From: a bacterium
GTDB taxonomy: Bacteria > CLD3 > SB21
NCBI GenBank assembly: GCA_013360215.1
Contig: JABWCP010000006.1
Location: 1 to 40,469 of the forward strand
Direction: 5' to 3'
DNA: 40,469 nt
Below are positions 32,455 through 40,469 of the stretch, in pieces (position 1 is the stretch's first letter; every line of letters begins with the position of its first letter). A program made the translations under genes and the position numbers. The notes below the pieces were generated by a model, which was not told where the DNA came from, did no database searches, and saw only the letters and a list, made by a program, of their open reading frames with translations.

Positions 32455-33840
32455 ATGTCCATATTAGGTACTGCAGAAAATCCGCTTCGTGTGGCGGTTA
32501 TCGGTTCCGGTCCATCCGGTTTTTATGCGGCGGATCATCTTTTAAAACAAAAAGATGTAATCGTAAAAATTGACATGTACGACCGGCTTCCCACGCCTTA
32601 TGGGCTTGTTCGCGGTGGTGTGGCACCGGACCATCAAAAAATCAAATCGGTCACCAAAGTGTATGAGAAAACGGCGGCGCATCCGATGTTTTCTTTTTAT
32701 GGAAATGTGGAGCTGGGACGCGATATAACACGTCAGGAATTGAAGGCGCGTTATCATGCTTTGATTTATGCCGTAGGTGCACAAAGTGATCGCCGCATGG
32801 GCATTCCCGGGGAAGACTTGAACGGCAGTCATCCGGCTACGGACTTTGTAGCCTGGTATAATGGCCATCCGGATTATCGCGATCTGTCATTTGATCTTTC
32901 CCAAGAGCGCGTTGCTATTATCGGAAACGGAAATGTTGCGGTGGATGTGGCGCGTATTTTAGCCAGCAGTATTGAAGAGCTGAACAAAACCGATATCGCG
33001 GATCATGCACTAACCGCCTTGCAAAAAAGCAATGTAAAAGAAATATACATGATCGGTCGCCGCGGCCCGGCGCAAGCTGCATTTACAAATGCGGAGATCA
33101 AAGAGCTGGGGGAATTGGAAGAATGTGCGATCACTATTCCGGGTACGGAGAGTGCTCTGGACGAAGTATCCAAAAAAAACTTGGAGGCGCATCCGGATTC
33201 CGGTGTTTCCAAAAATCTTGAAATTATGAAGGATTATCTGGATAAAACGACCGACGGTAAAAGAAAAAAAATGGTGCTTCGATTTTTATGGTCACCTGTC
33301 GAACTTAAAGGGCGGGATGGTGTAGCGGACATCGTTTTACAAAAAAATATCTTAGTGCAAGATGCCGATGGCAACATCAAAGCCAAGGGAACGGAAGTTC
33401 AAGAAACGATTCCTGTCGGTTTGGTATTTCGTTCGATCGGTTATAAAGGCGTTGCGCTCAAAGATGTTCCTTTTGACGAAAAGAAAGGTATCATACCGAA
33501 TGCACATGGCCGGGTAACCGAATTAAATGGTACCGTCATTGTGGGTGAATACACGGCGGGATGGATCAAACGCGGCCCATCCGGAGTAATCGGTACTAAT
33601 AAACCGGACGCGCTGGAATCGGTGAATATGCTTTTGGAGGATGTGAAGTCCGGTCATATTCATCCCATTGATCAAACTGTATCTACCGCAGAATGGCTTC
33701 AATCGAAGGAAATTCGTTTTGTAACATTTGCCGATTGGTTAAAAATCGATAAAGCCGAAACAGAAAAAGGAATTGCTTCCGGAAGACCGCGCATCAAATT
33801 TACACGCATTGAAGATATGCTTCATATTGCCGGCGTATGA
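32455..33840 (+). CDS. Ferredoxin--NADP+ reductase, adrenodoxin-reductase/FprA type
   Basis: IGSGPSGFYAA, PYGLVRGGVAPDH, FVAWYNGHPD, GNGNVAVDVAR, GRRGPAQAAFT, GWIKRGPSGVIGTNK. Start at ATG 32455 after a GAGG RBS. Confidence 0.93.
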   Translation: MSILGTAENPLRVAVIGSGPSGFYAADHLLKQKDVIVKIDMYDRLPTPYGLVRGGVAPDHQKIKSVTKVYEKTAAHPMFSFYGNVELGRDITRQELKARYHALIYAVGAQSDRRMGIPGEDLNGSHPATDFVAWYNGHPDYRDLSFDLSQERVAIIGNGNVAVDVARILASSIEELNKTDIADHALTALQKSNVKEIYMIGRRGPAQAAFTNAEIKELGELEECAITIPGTESALDEVSKKNLEAHPDSGVSKNLEIMKDYLDKTTDGKRKKMVLRFLWSPVELKGRDGVADIVLQKNILVQDADGNIKAKGTEVQETIPVGLVFRSIGYKGVALKDVPFDEKKGIIPNAHGRVTELNGTVIVGEYTAGWIKRGPSGVIGTNKPDALESVNMLLEDVKSGHIHPIDQTVSTAEWLQSKEIRFVTFADWLKIDKAETEKGIASGRPRIKFTRIEDMLHIAGV

Positions 33841-35486
33841 TGATTAAAACCATAGCGGTTTGTTTCATATCGGGCTTTCTCTTGAGTTGTGTTCCAGCGC
33901 AGCAAGAGGAGCGTATAACTGTCGCTGTGCGCGCCGAGCCGGATGCTGTCAATCCCGTCACACACGCTTCGGCTTTTTCCAGAATTGTTTGTACCGGTAT
34001 TTTGCCGCGTTTGTTGGAGTCGGAATGGGATTCACTGCAAGGTCGTGTCGTGTACAAACCGTTTCTCGCTAAATCGTATTCTTTCTCCGACGATCGCCGT
34101 GTTTTGACTTACCACTTACGATCCGATTTTTTTTGGGAGGACGGCGAACGTGTGACGGCGCATGACATTCGCTTTACGTTTCAAATGATCGCCCATCCGG
34201 ATGTAGCCAGCACAAAAAAAGAACATATACAGTATCTGACGGATGCCCTGGGATCCGTGGACCGATCGGTCATCGCGCTCAATGATAGTACGATCGAATT
34301 TCATTTTACTCGTGCCTATCCGCTACAGATTTTTGATACCAATCTTCAACCCGGATTTTTGCCCTTTCACATTTTAAAAGATGTTAAACCCTCCGAGTTG
34401 CGGCGGCACACTATCAACACCATGCCGTTATCCGGAAGTTATTACGACATAACCATCTGGAAAAAACAAGACTATATCGTGCTGGAACGCAACACGCGTA
34501 GTCCGTATCAGGCCGCTTCCCGCCAAATCGTGTTTCGTATTATTCCCGAATATACTACGCGGTTGACTGCTCTTAAAACGGGTGATGTGGATGTGATGTA
34601 TCCGATTATGCCGCAAGACGTGGCGGATTTACGCAAAACCAATCCGGAACTGCGTATTGAGGCGATGCGTTCGCGATATTATGATTATGTCGGATGGCAA
34701 AATATAGATCAGCATATATATCATGCATCGTCCGGTAAAACTATTCAACCGCATCCGTTGTTTGGTTCAAAATACGTACGCCGGGCATTGACGATGGCGA
34801 TTCACCGTCAGGAAATCGTAGATGGGTTTATGGGGGAATTTGGGCGTGTGGCGATCACACCGATTTCACCGGTCTTTCGTTGGGCTGCCAATGATACGTT
34901 GAGTCCGCTGCCTTATGAACCCGAAGAATCGAAGCGTCTTTTAGCCCAGGAAGGTTGGATTGATCGTGACGGCGACGGCATCGTAGAAAAAAACGGCAGA
35001 GCTTTTTCATTTGAACTATACTACGATGCGGGTAACGACCGGCGCCAATTTGCGGCGCTTATTGTACAGCGTGATCTAAAAAAAATTGGCATCCGCTGCG
35101 ATGTACGAACAGCCGAAACAAATGTGTTTTATGATGACGAGTTGAATAAAAAATACGACGCTTTTATCTCCGGCATCGGCGTGCCGCTTATGATTGATCC
35201 GACAAGCGAGTGGAGTTCGGATTTGAAAAAAAATCCGTATAACGATATTTCATATCAAAATCCCAACGTAGATGCTTTGATTGAGGCCGGCAAGCGCGTA
35301 AACAATCCCGAAGAGGCAGCGCCGATGTGGCGTGCTTTGCAGGCGATCCTGCACGAGGATCAGCCGGCGACTTTTTTATATTGGCGTGATGAATTAGTAG
35401 GGTATAATCAAAAAATAAAAAATTCGCGCACCAGTCTGCTGGGGGAAATCGACAAATTCTGGTTGTGGGAAAAAGTTACGAATTAA
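33837..35486 (+). CDS. Peptide/nickel ABC transporter substrate-binding lipoprotein (family 5)
   Basis: Lipobox LLSC, W.DG..VTA.DI.FT, VRRALTMAI.R..IV, DRDGDGIVEKNG, ILHEDQP; ATGA overlap with the reductase stop. Confidence 0.9.
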   Translation: MMIKTIAVCFISGFLLSCVPAQQEERITVAVRAEPDAVNPVTHASAFSRIVCTGILPRLLESEWDSLQGRVVYKPFLAKSYSFSDDRRVLTYHLRSDFFWEDGERVTAHDIRFTFQMIAHPDVASTKKEHIQYLTDALGSVDRSVIALNDSTIEFHFTRAYPLQIFDTNLQPGFLPFHILKDVKPSELRRHTINTMPLSGSYYDITIWKKQDYIVLERNTRSPYQAASRQIVFRIIPEYTTRLTALKTGDVDVMYPIMPQDVADLRKTNPELRIEAMRSRYYDYVGWQNIDQHIYHASSGKTIQPHPLFGSKYVRRALTMAIHRQEIVDGFMGEFGRVAITPISPVFRWAANDTLSPLPYEPEESKRLLAQEGWIDRDGDGIVEKNGRAFSFELYYDAGNDRRQFAALIVQRDLKKIGIRCDVRTAETNVFYDDELNKKYDAFISGIGVPLMIDPTSEWSSDLKKNPYNDISYQNPNVDALIEAGKRVNNPEEAAPMWRALQAILHEDQPATFLYWRDELVGYNQKIKNSRTSLLGEIDKFWLWEKVTN

Positions 35487-35758
35487 CGAACGGCAACCAG
35501 ATTATACAGCAAAGCCACACCGGACGATAGAAAAGCCGTTATATTGATCCACCACGCGGCTTGGTTCAACCAACGTGCGGAGGATTCGTTTTCATTCGGT
35601 AATTTCTTCGCAATCCGGTTAGCCGAAAACCATAAAATCATTCCTGCCATACCGACCGGCAAAACAAATAAAGCCATCAGATATTGCCATATCCATCCGG
35701 TCATCAAAAAGAATAATCCGCAAAGAATAGACAATACGCGAAAAATAGGGACGATCAT
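35483..35758 (-). CDS. Small membrane protein (about three TM helices), function unknown
   Basis: Hydrophobic ORF whose ATG at 35758 overlaps the metH TGA (ATGA). Confidence 0.6.
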   Translation of the reverse strand: MIVPIFRVLSILCGLFFLMTGWIWQYLMALFVLPVGMAGMILWFSANRIAKKLPNENESSARWLNQAAWWINITAFLSSGVALLYNLVAVR

Positions 35759-37575
35759 GCGGCGGGCTCCCATTTGCGTTCATCAAATATGAGTTGGCGT
35801 GCAAGTTCACGTTCATGCGGATCAATCTTGTACAAGGGCATGATTTTTTGCGCATTGACGATAGCCATATCCAGGCCTGCTTCGATAGCGTAGTGAAGGA
35901 ATACGGAATTGATCACATGGCGCGCCTGCGGCGAAAGACCGAAAGAAATATTGCTCACGCCGAGTAAGGTTTTACAGCCGGGGTAGGTTTGTTTGATCAA
36001 ACGGATCGCCTCGATCGTTTCAATTCCGGCTTTACGAAATTCTTCATCACCGGAGCCCAGCGTAAAAGTCAGTGTGTCGAAAATAAGATCTTCATCCCGC
36101 ATGCCGTATTTTTCGACGGCTATGGTTCGAATGCGTCGGGCAATGGCTAACTTACGTTCACGCGTTTTGGCCATACCGTCTTCGTCTATTGTCAACGCGA
36201 CGACGGCCGCTCCGTAGCGTTTGCACAGACTCAAAACCTTGTCCGTACGTTCTTCGCCGTCTTCGAGATTGATCGAGTTGACGATGGCCCGACCTCCGAG
36301 CATTTGCAAGGCACGCTCAATCACAGGGACTTCGGTCGAGTCAATCATAATGGGAATTGAAATCTGGGTATTGAAGCGCCGAATGGTTTCCTCCATATCA
36401 CGCACTTCGTTGCGACCCACATACGCCACGCACACATCAAGCACGTGAGCGCCTTCGCGGGTCTGTTCTTTTCCCATGGAAACCATTTCATCGTAATTTT
36501 CGGCGATCAGGAGCTCACGGAATTTTTTGGAGCCATTGGCATTTGTGCGCTCTCCGATGAGTAAAGGCGCGGGTTCGACATGCATCGGCGAACTCATATA
36601 AATGGAAGCAACGGACGGCGTATAATTCCATGTACGCTTTAATGGATTGAGGCGTGCAGCCGCTTCGGCGAGAGGTTTGATATGCGCCGGTGTAGTACCG
36701 CAACAACCACCCACGACGTTGACACCGAAATCTTTAGAAAAATGCATCAACCATTTGACTAAATCATCCGGCGATAGGTGATAATGCGCTTTACCGCCGA
36801 TGTTTTCCGGTATGCCGGCATTGGGCATACAAAAAACATGTTTGGGTGAATTATGACACAGAAAACGAATATTGTCGGACATTTCCTGAGGCCCGGTTGC
36901 ACAATTCATACCCACGACATCGACGATGTCATACGGCTCTAGCGTAGTCAAGGCCGCGCTGATTTCGGTTCCCATAAGCATCGTGCCCGTAGTTTCTACC
37001 GTAACGGAAACAATGACGGGTAGTTTTCTTTTTCGCTCACGGAACAGGTCTTGTGCAGCGCACAGGGCGATCTTGGTTTGTAGGATATCCTGACAGGTTT
37101 CAATGCAAAACAGATCGGCGCCGCCATCCATTAAGCCGGCCAACTGTTCATAAAACGATGCGCGCATGGTTTCAAAATCAATATGACTGAGCGAGGGTAG
37201 TTTGGTTGTCGGTCCTACGGAACCGGCCACGAAACGCGGTTTGTCGGGAGTAGAAAAATCCAGCGCACATTTTTTAGCTAACGCGGCGCCCAACTTGCTC
37301 AATTCGTAAGCGCGATCCTGAAGATCGTATTCGGCCAAAACAATGGATGAGGAACCAAACGTATCTGTTTCGATGACATCGGCACCGGCCTCAAGAAAAT
37401 CCACGTGTACTTTTTCCATAGCGGAAGGTCTGGAAATGAGCAGATATTCATTGCATCCGTTATAAGCTTCGCCGCCAAAATCATCGGCCGTGAGATTCTG
37501 GGTTTGCAGATTGGTTCCGGTGGCGCCGTCAAATACGATAATTTTTTCGTTTAGCAGTTCGGTGAATGATTTCAC
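35755..37575 (-). CDS. metH: Cobalamin-dependent methionine synthase, N-terminal half only (homocysteine-binding and pterin-binding domains)
   Basis: FDGATGT, AGAD.IET.TFG, GMNCATGP and GGCCGTT Zn ligands, IGERTNANGS, IDST, NSINLEDG, GVSNISFG; no DxHxxG B12 motif. GTG 37575 is preferred over TTG 37581 on RBS spacing. Confidence 0.92.
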   Translation of the reverse strand: MKSFTELLNEKIIVFDGATGTNLQTQNLTADDFGGEAYNGCNEYLLISRPSAMEKVHVDFLEAGADVIETDTFGSSSIVLAEYDLQDRAYELSKLGAALAKKCALDFSTPDKPRFVAGSVGPTTKLPSLSHIDFETMRASFYEQLAGLMDGGADLFCIETCQDILQTKIALCAAQDLFRERKRKLPVIVSVTVETTGTMLMGTEISAALTTLEPYDIVDVVGMNCATGPQEMSDNIRFLCHNSPKHVFCMPNAGIPENIGGKAHYHLSPDDLVKWLMHFSKDFGVNVVGGCCGTTPAHIKPLAEAAARLNPLKRTWNYTPSVASIYMSSPMHVEPAPLLIGERTNANGSKKFRELLIAENYDEMVSMGKEQTREGAHVLDVCVAYVGRNEVRDMEETIRRFNTQISIPIMIDSTEVPVIERALQMLGGRAIVNSINLEDGEERTDKVLSLCKRYGAAVVALTIDEDGMAKTRERKLAIARRIRTIAVEKYGMRDEDLIFDTLTFTLGSGDEEFRKAGIETIEAIRLIKQTYPGCKTLLGVSNISFGLSPQARHVINSVFLHYAIEAGLDMAIVNAQKIMPLYKIDPHERELARQLIFDERKWEPAA

Positions 37576-37596
37576 AAGCAACCTTTGGGATAATAT

Positions 37597-37628
37597 AAAA
37601 AAAGCGATCCTAAACTCTTAGGATCGCT
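37597..37628 (-). terminator. Intrinsic terminator after ahcY
   Basis: Minus strand AGCGATCCTAA-GAGT-TTAGGATCGCT-TTTTTT. Confidence 0.88.
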
Positions 37629-37656
37629 CAATGATCATCAGAGTCGTGCGTAATTA

Positions 37657-38985
37657 TTAATAACGATACATCTCAGGTTTGTACGGCCCTTTGACGTCCA
37701 CGCCAATGTATTCGGCCTGTTCGCTGGTCAATTCGTCCAGCTCAACGCCGATTTTTTCGAGGTGCAAACGTGCTACCATTTCGTCCAGATGTTTGGGCAA
37801 AGTATACACTTTGTTTTCGTACTTCGCACTGTTATTCCACAATTCGATTTGCGCCAGCGTTTGATTGGTAAACGAATTAGACATCACAAACGAAGGGTGA
37901 CCCATAGCGCAGCCGAGGTTTACCAGACGTCCTTCGGCAAGAACGATGATCTCTTTGCCGTCCACGGTATATTTATCAACCTGCGGTTTGATCGTGTCCA
38001 TGGTGTGGCCATAGTTCTTATTGAGCCAAGCCATATCAATTTCCGTGTCGAAGTGGCCGATATTGCAAAGCACGGCTTTATCTTTCATAGCGCGGAAATG
38101 GCGATCAGTCACGATGCGGCAGTTGCCGGTTGCGGTAACGATAATATCGGCTTCTTTGATGGCTGTATCCATTTTTTTGACTTCATAACCTTCCATCGCC
38201 GCTTGCAGTGCGCAGATCGGATCGATTTCCGTAACGATCACACGGCACTTGGCATCGCGGAGGGATTCGGCCGAGCCTTTGCCCACATCGCCAAAACCGG
38301 CAACGACAGCGACTTTACCGGCTAACATCAGATCGGTAGCGCGGCGAATGGCATCCACAAGCGATTCACGGCAACCGTATTTGTTATCAAATTTTGATTT
38401 GGTAACGGAATCGTTGATGTTGATCGCCGGAAGGGGAAGCGTGCCTTTTTTGACGCGCTCATAAAGACGATGAACGCCGGTTGTGGTTTCTTCGGAGATA
38501 CCGCGTACGCCTTTGGCCAATGACGGATATTTATCCAGGACCATATTGGTAAGATCACCGCCGTCATCAAGGATCATATTGAGTGGTTGGCGATCTTTAC
38601 CGAAAAACAATGTTTGTTCAATACACCAGTCAAATTCTTCGGCATTCATACCTTTCCAGGCGTAGACAGGAATACCTGCGGCGGCTATGGCGGCGGCGGC
38701 ATGATCTTGTGTTGAAAAAATATTACAGGATGACCAGGTGACGTCAGCGCCGAGTTCGACCAAGGTTTCGATCAAAACGGCGGTTTGAATCGTCATGTGA
38801 AGACAGCCGGCGATACGCGCGCCTTTGAGCGGCTTGGTAACGCCATATTTGGCACGCAACGCCATAAGTCCCGGCATTTCGGCTTCGGCGAGTTTGATTT
38901 CTTTGCGGCCCCACTCGGCAAGACTCATATCCTTAACTTTGTAAGGAACGTAGGCCGGCACATTCAATTTTTCGGCAACAGACAT
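37657..38985 (-). CDS. ahcY: Adenosylhomocysteinase
   Basis: [77 protein letters not shown]-terminus; AAGGAG RBS. Confidence 0.99.
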   Translation of the reverse strand: MSVAEKLNVPAYVPYKVKDMSLAEWGRKEIKLAEAEMPGLMALRAKYGVTKPLKGARIAGCLHMTIQTAVLIETLVELGADVTWSSCNIFSTQDHAAAAIAAAGIPVYAWKGMNAEEFDWCIEQTLFFGKDRQPLNMILDDGGDLTNMVLDKYPSLAKGVRGISEETTTGVHRLYERVKKGTLPLPAININDSVTKSKFDNKYGCRESLVDAIRRATDLMLAGKVAVVAGFGDVGKGSAESLRDAKCRVIVTEIDPICALQAAMEGYEVKKMDTAIKEADIIVTATGNCRIVTDRHFRAMKDKAVLCNIGHFDTEIDMAWLNKNYGHTMDTIKPQVDKYTVDGKEIIVLAEGRLVNLGCAMGHPSFVMSNSFTNQTLAQIELWNNSAKYENKVYTLPKHLDEMVARLHLEKIGVELDELTSEQAEYIGVDVKGPYKPEMYRY

Positions 38986-39032
38986 TGTAGACTCCTTATT
39001 TTATCGCTAACAAAGTTTCAATTTTTTTTGAA

Positions 39033-39061
39033 ACTATAATCGAAATGCTTTATAAAAGCAA
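39033..39061 (-). promoter_or_regulatory. Putative sigma70 promoter of ahcY, overlapped by palindromes
   Basis: Minus strand TTGCTT (39061-39056), 17-nt spacer, TATAGT (39038-39033). Confidence 0.6.
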
Positions 39062-39066
39062 ACGAA

Positions 39067-39549
39067 TTATTTGTCTTCGTCCGGTAAATTTTCCGACAAA
39101 GCGTCCGCGGCATCTTCGGCCCAGTTTTGAAATTTTTTCCGATCTTCTTTCGTCCAGCGGGCGTCCCCGTGAGTGATCAGATAAATCGGCATCGGCATCT
39201 TTTCGCTACGCACCTCGCCGGCCATTTCATTTAATTTTTCAACCTGACGATGGGCGTTGTATTTTTTCCAGTCGGAAAAATTCAAATGGCGGCGCCCTTC
39301 ATTGACATCGTGTGCGACCAGCCAGGAGATCGGCGCTATTTCGCTGTACCACGGCCAAACGGTTTCATGCGAATGGCAATCGTTGCAAGCGGTCTTCATC
39401 ATGGTTTTGATATCGTCCGGAATGGTGACATGTTTTTCGAGCGTACGTTCCGGATCAATGGGAGGATTGGTACGTTCGGGGCGAATAAACTGTATGGCGA
39501 TAAAAAGAACCGGTAAACCGATAGCCAACCATTTTAAGACACGCTTCAT
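39067..39549 (-). CDS. Membrane-anchored haem-binding (cytochrome c-like) domain protein
   Basis: N-terminal TM ending IQF, CNDCH (CxxCH), WPWYS.IAP.SW, EGR..LNFS.W, MP...Y...H. Confidence 0.88.
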   Translation of the reverse strand: MKRVLKWLAIGLPVLFIAIQFIRPERTNPPIDPERTLEKHVTIPDDIKTMMKTACNDCHSHETVWPWYSEIAPISWLVAHDVNEGRRHLNFSDWKKYNAHRQVEKLNEMAGEVRSEKMPMPIYLITHGDARWTKEDRKKFQNWAEDAADALSENLPDEDK

Positions 39550-39674
39550 AGATTATCCTTTCTTCTACATCTAAAATACAACGGAGGAAAATATTGTTTT
39601 GGTTTGTTATTTTCCATTGAATTTCTACATTTCGAAGATTCAGTTATGATTTATAACGATTACCGGAGAATGTC

Positions 39675-40469
39675 ATGAAACGATTTTTTATAACTGCTTT
39701 TTTGTTTACTTCGCTGTTGTCTTGCGGTAAGACGTTGCAGGAAGAAGCGGATGCTTTTTTGAAATCTTATAATCAAGAGTATCAGGCGGTTTATTATGAA
39801 GCCAGCAAAGCCCAATGGAAAGCACTCACGGACATCAATGCCGTAAACGACAGTTTGAGTGTTGTAGCCAATAAAAAATATGCTGCGTTTGCAGGCAGCA
39901 AAGACATCATTCAGAAAGTACGGTTTTTCAGAGAACACCGTTCGGAACTCAATGACATAACGATACGTCAGCTTGATAAAATATGGCTGGACGCGTCGCA
40001 TCAACCCGGTACCATGCCTGATGTAGTGGACCAACTGATCAAAGCCAATACGGAAGCGACCAGTGCATTGTATAGCTACCAGTTTACGGTTAACGGCAAA
40101 CCTTATTCAGCGAATGACATTGATCGTGCGTTGCGCAATTCTTCCGATCTCAAGGAACGCGAGGCGGTTTGGACCGCGTCCAAAGAAGTCGGAAAAATCG
40201 AACGTGACCATCTTGCCCGACTGCAGGAGCTGCGTAATAAAGTAGCACGCGAAATGAAGTACAGTTCATTTTTTGATCTGGAAGCGCACGATTATGGAAT
40301 GTCATCGGACGAAGTGATCCAACTGATGGATCAATTTTCAGAAGATCTGAAACCTCTGTATAGAGAACTGCATACGTATATACGCTACGAATTAGCCAAA
40401 AAGTATAATCAACCCGTTCCGGAGTATCTTCCGGCGCACTGGCTGCCCAATCGTTGGGCACAAAATTGG
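39675..40469 (+). CDS. M2 family (ACE-like peptidyl-dipeptidase) metallopeptidase lipoprotein, 3'-truncated by the window edge
   Basis: Absent from the ORF track because it has no stop. GGAG RBS, ATG 39675, MKRFFITAFLFTSLLSC lipobox; open to the window end with LRNKVARE, LKPLYRELHTYIR, LPAHWLPNRWAQNW, typical of M2. HExxH would lie beyond the window. Confidence 0.85.
   Translation, partial: MKRFFITAFLFTSLLSCGKTLQEEADAFLKSYNQEYQAVYYEASKAQWKALTDINAVNDSLSVVANKKYAAFAGSKDIIQKVRFFREHRSELNDITIRQLDKIWLDASHQPGTMPDVVDQLIKANTEATSALYSYQFTVNGKPYSANDIDRALRNSSDLKEREAVWTASKEVGKIERDHLARLQELRNKVAREMKYSSFFDLEAHDYGMSSDEVIQLMDQFSEDLKPLYRELHTYIRYELAKKYNQPVPEYLPAHWLPNRWAQNW

Noticed and set aside
37600-37645. CTGATGA on the minus strand next to a hairpin, resembling a hammerhead ribozyme core
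   Set aside because: No GAAA after the stem and no stems I or III; the hairpin is explained as the ahcY terminator.
38986-39066. SAH or SAM riboswitch upstream of ahcY
   Set aside because: The gap is only 81 nt, AT-rich and filled by promoter and RBS; no aptamer consensus is visible.
39660-40461. Minus-strand ORFs 39660-40034 and 40150-40461, and plus-strand ORF 40063-40245
   Set aside because: They are shadows or alternate frames of the M2 peptidase gene starting at 39675.
1-40469. CRISPR arrays, IS elements, prophage, defence systems, rRNA
   Set aside because: No regularly spaced repeats and no transposase, integrase, phage or defence-like ORFs seen; the window is densely tiled by recognisable genes.

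Overview
A 40.5-kb stretch of bacterial chromosome, mostly housekeeping and metabolic genes. The lineage is probably FCB-superphylum; this is inferred from gene content such as the fused 2-oxoacid dehydrogenase E1, split MetH and secreted M1/M2/M61 peptidases, with sigma70-type promoters. Gene order: partial ssb paralog-recA-ssb; a lysine riboswitch followed by a tightly coupled lysC-dapB-dapA-dapD-lysA-like-AstE/AspA-family operon; pheT-coiled-coil gene-zapA-rny (minus strand); ppk2-tkt; fused E1; galT-glgA-like-M61 peptidase-purS-tRNA-Pro(CGG)-ccmB (minus strand); STAS protein, M1 peptidase and a zinc-ribbon ORF; coiled-coil lipoprotein and LysM protein; phoH, thiolase, FprA-like reductase and a peptide-binding lipoprotein; cytochrome c-like protein-ahcY-half metH (minus strand); and a partial M2 peptidase. 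I see no mobile elements, CRISPR arrays or rRNA. The most interesting signal is the riboswitch-controlled lysine operon. It lacks dapC, dapE and dapF, but carries a LysA-like decarboxylase with non-canonical active-site motifs and an M14 desuccinylase-family enzyme, which suggests a variant succinylase route to lysine (inference, untested). Other oddities: RNase Y with an Asp-to-Asn change in its HD metal site, a full-length glycogen synthase with degenerate catalytic motifs, a transketolase with a histone-H1-like tail next to ppk2, a probable CTG start codon, and an Lpp-like lipoprotein paired with a LysM protein.
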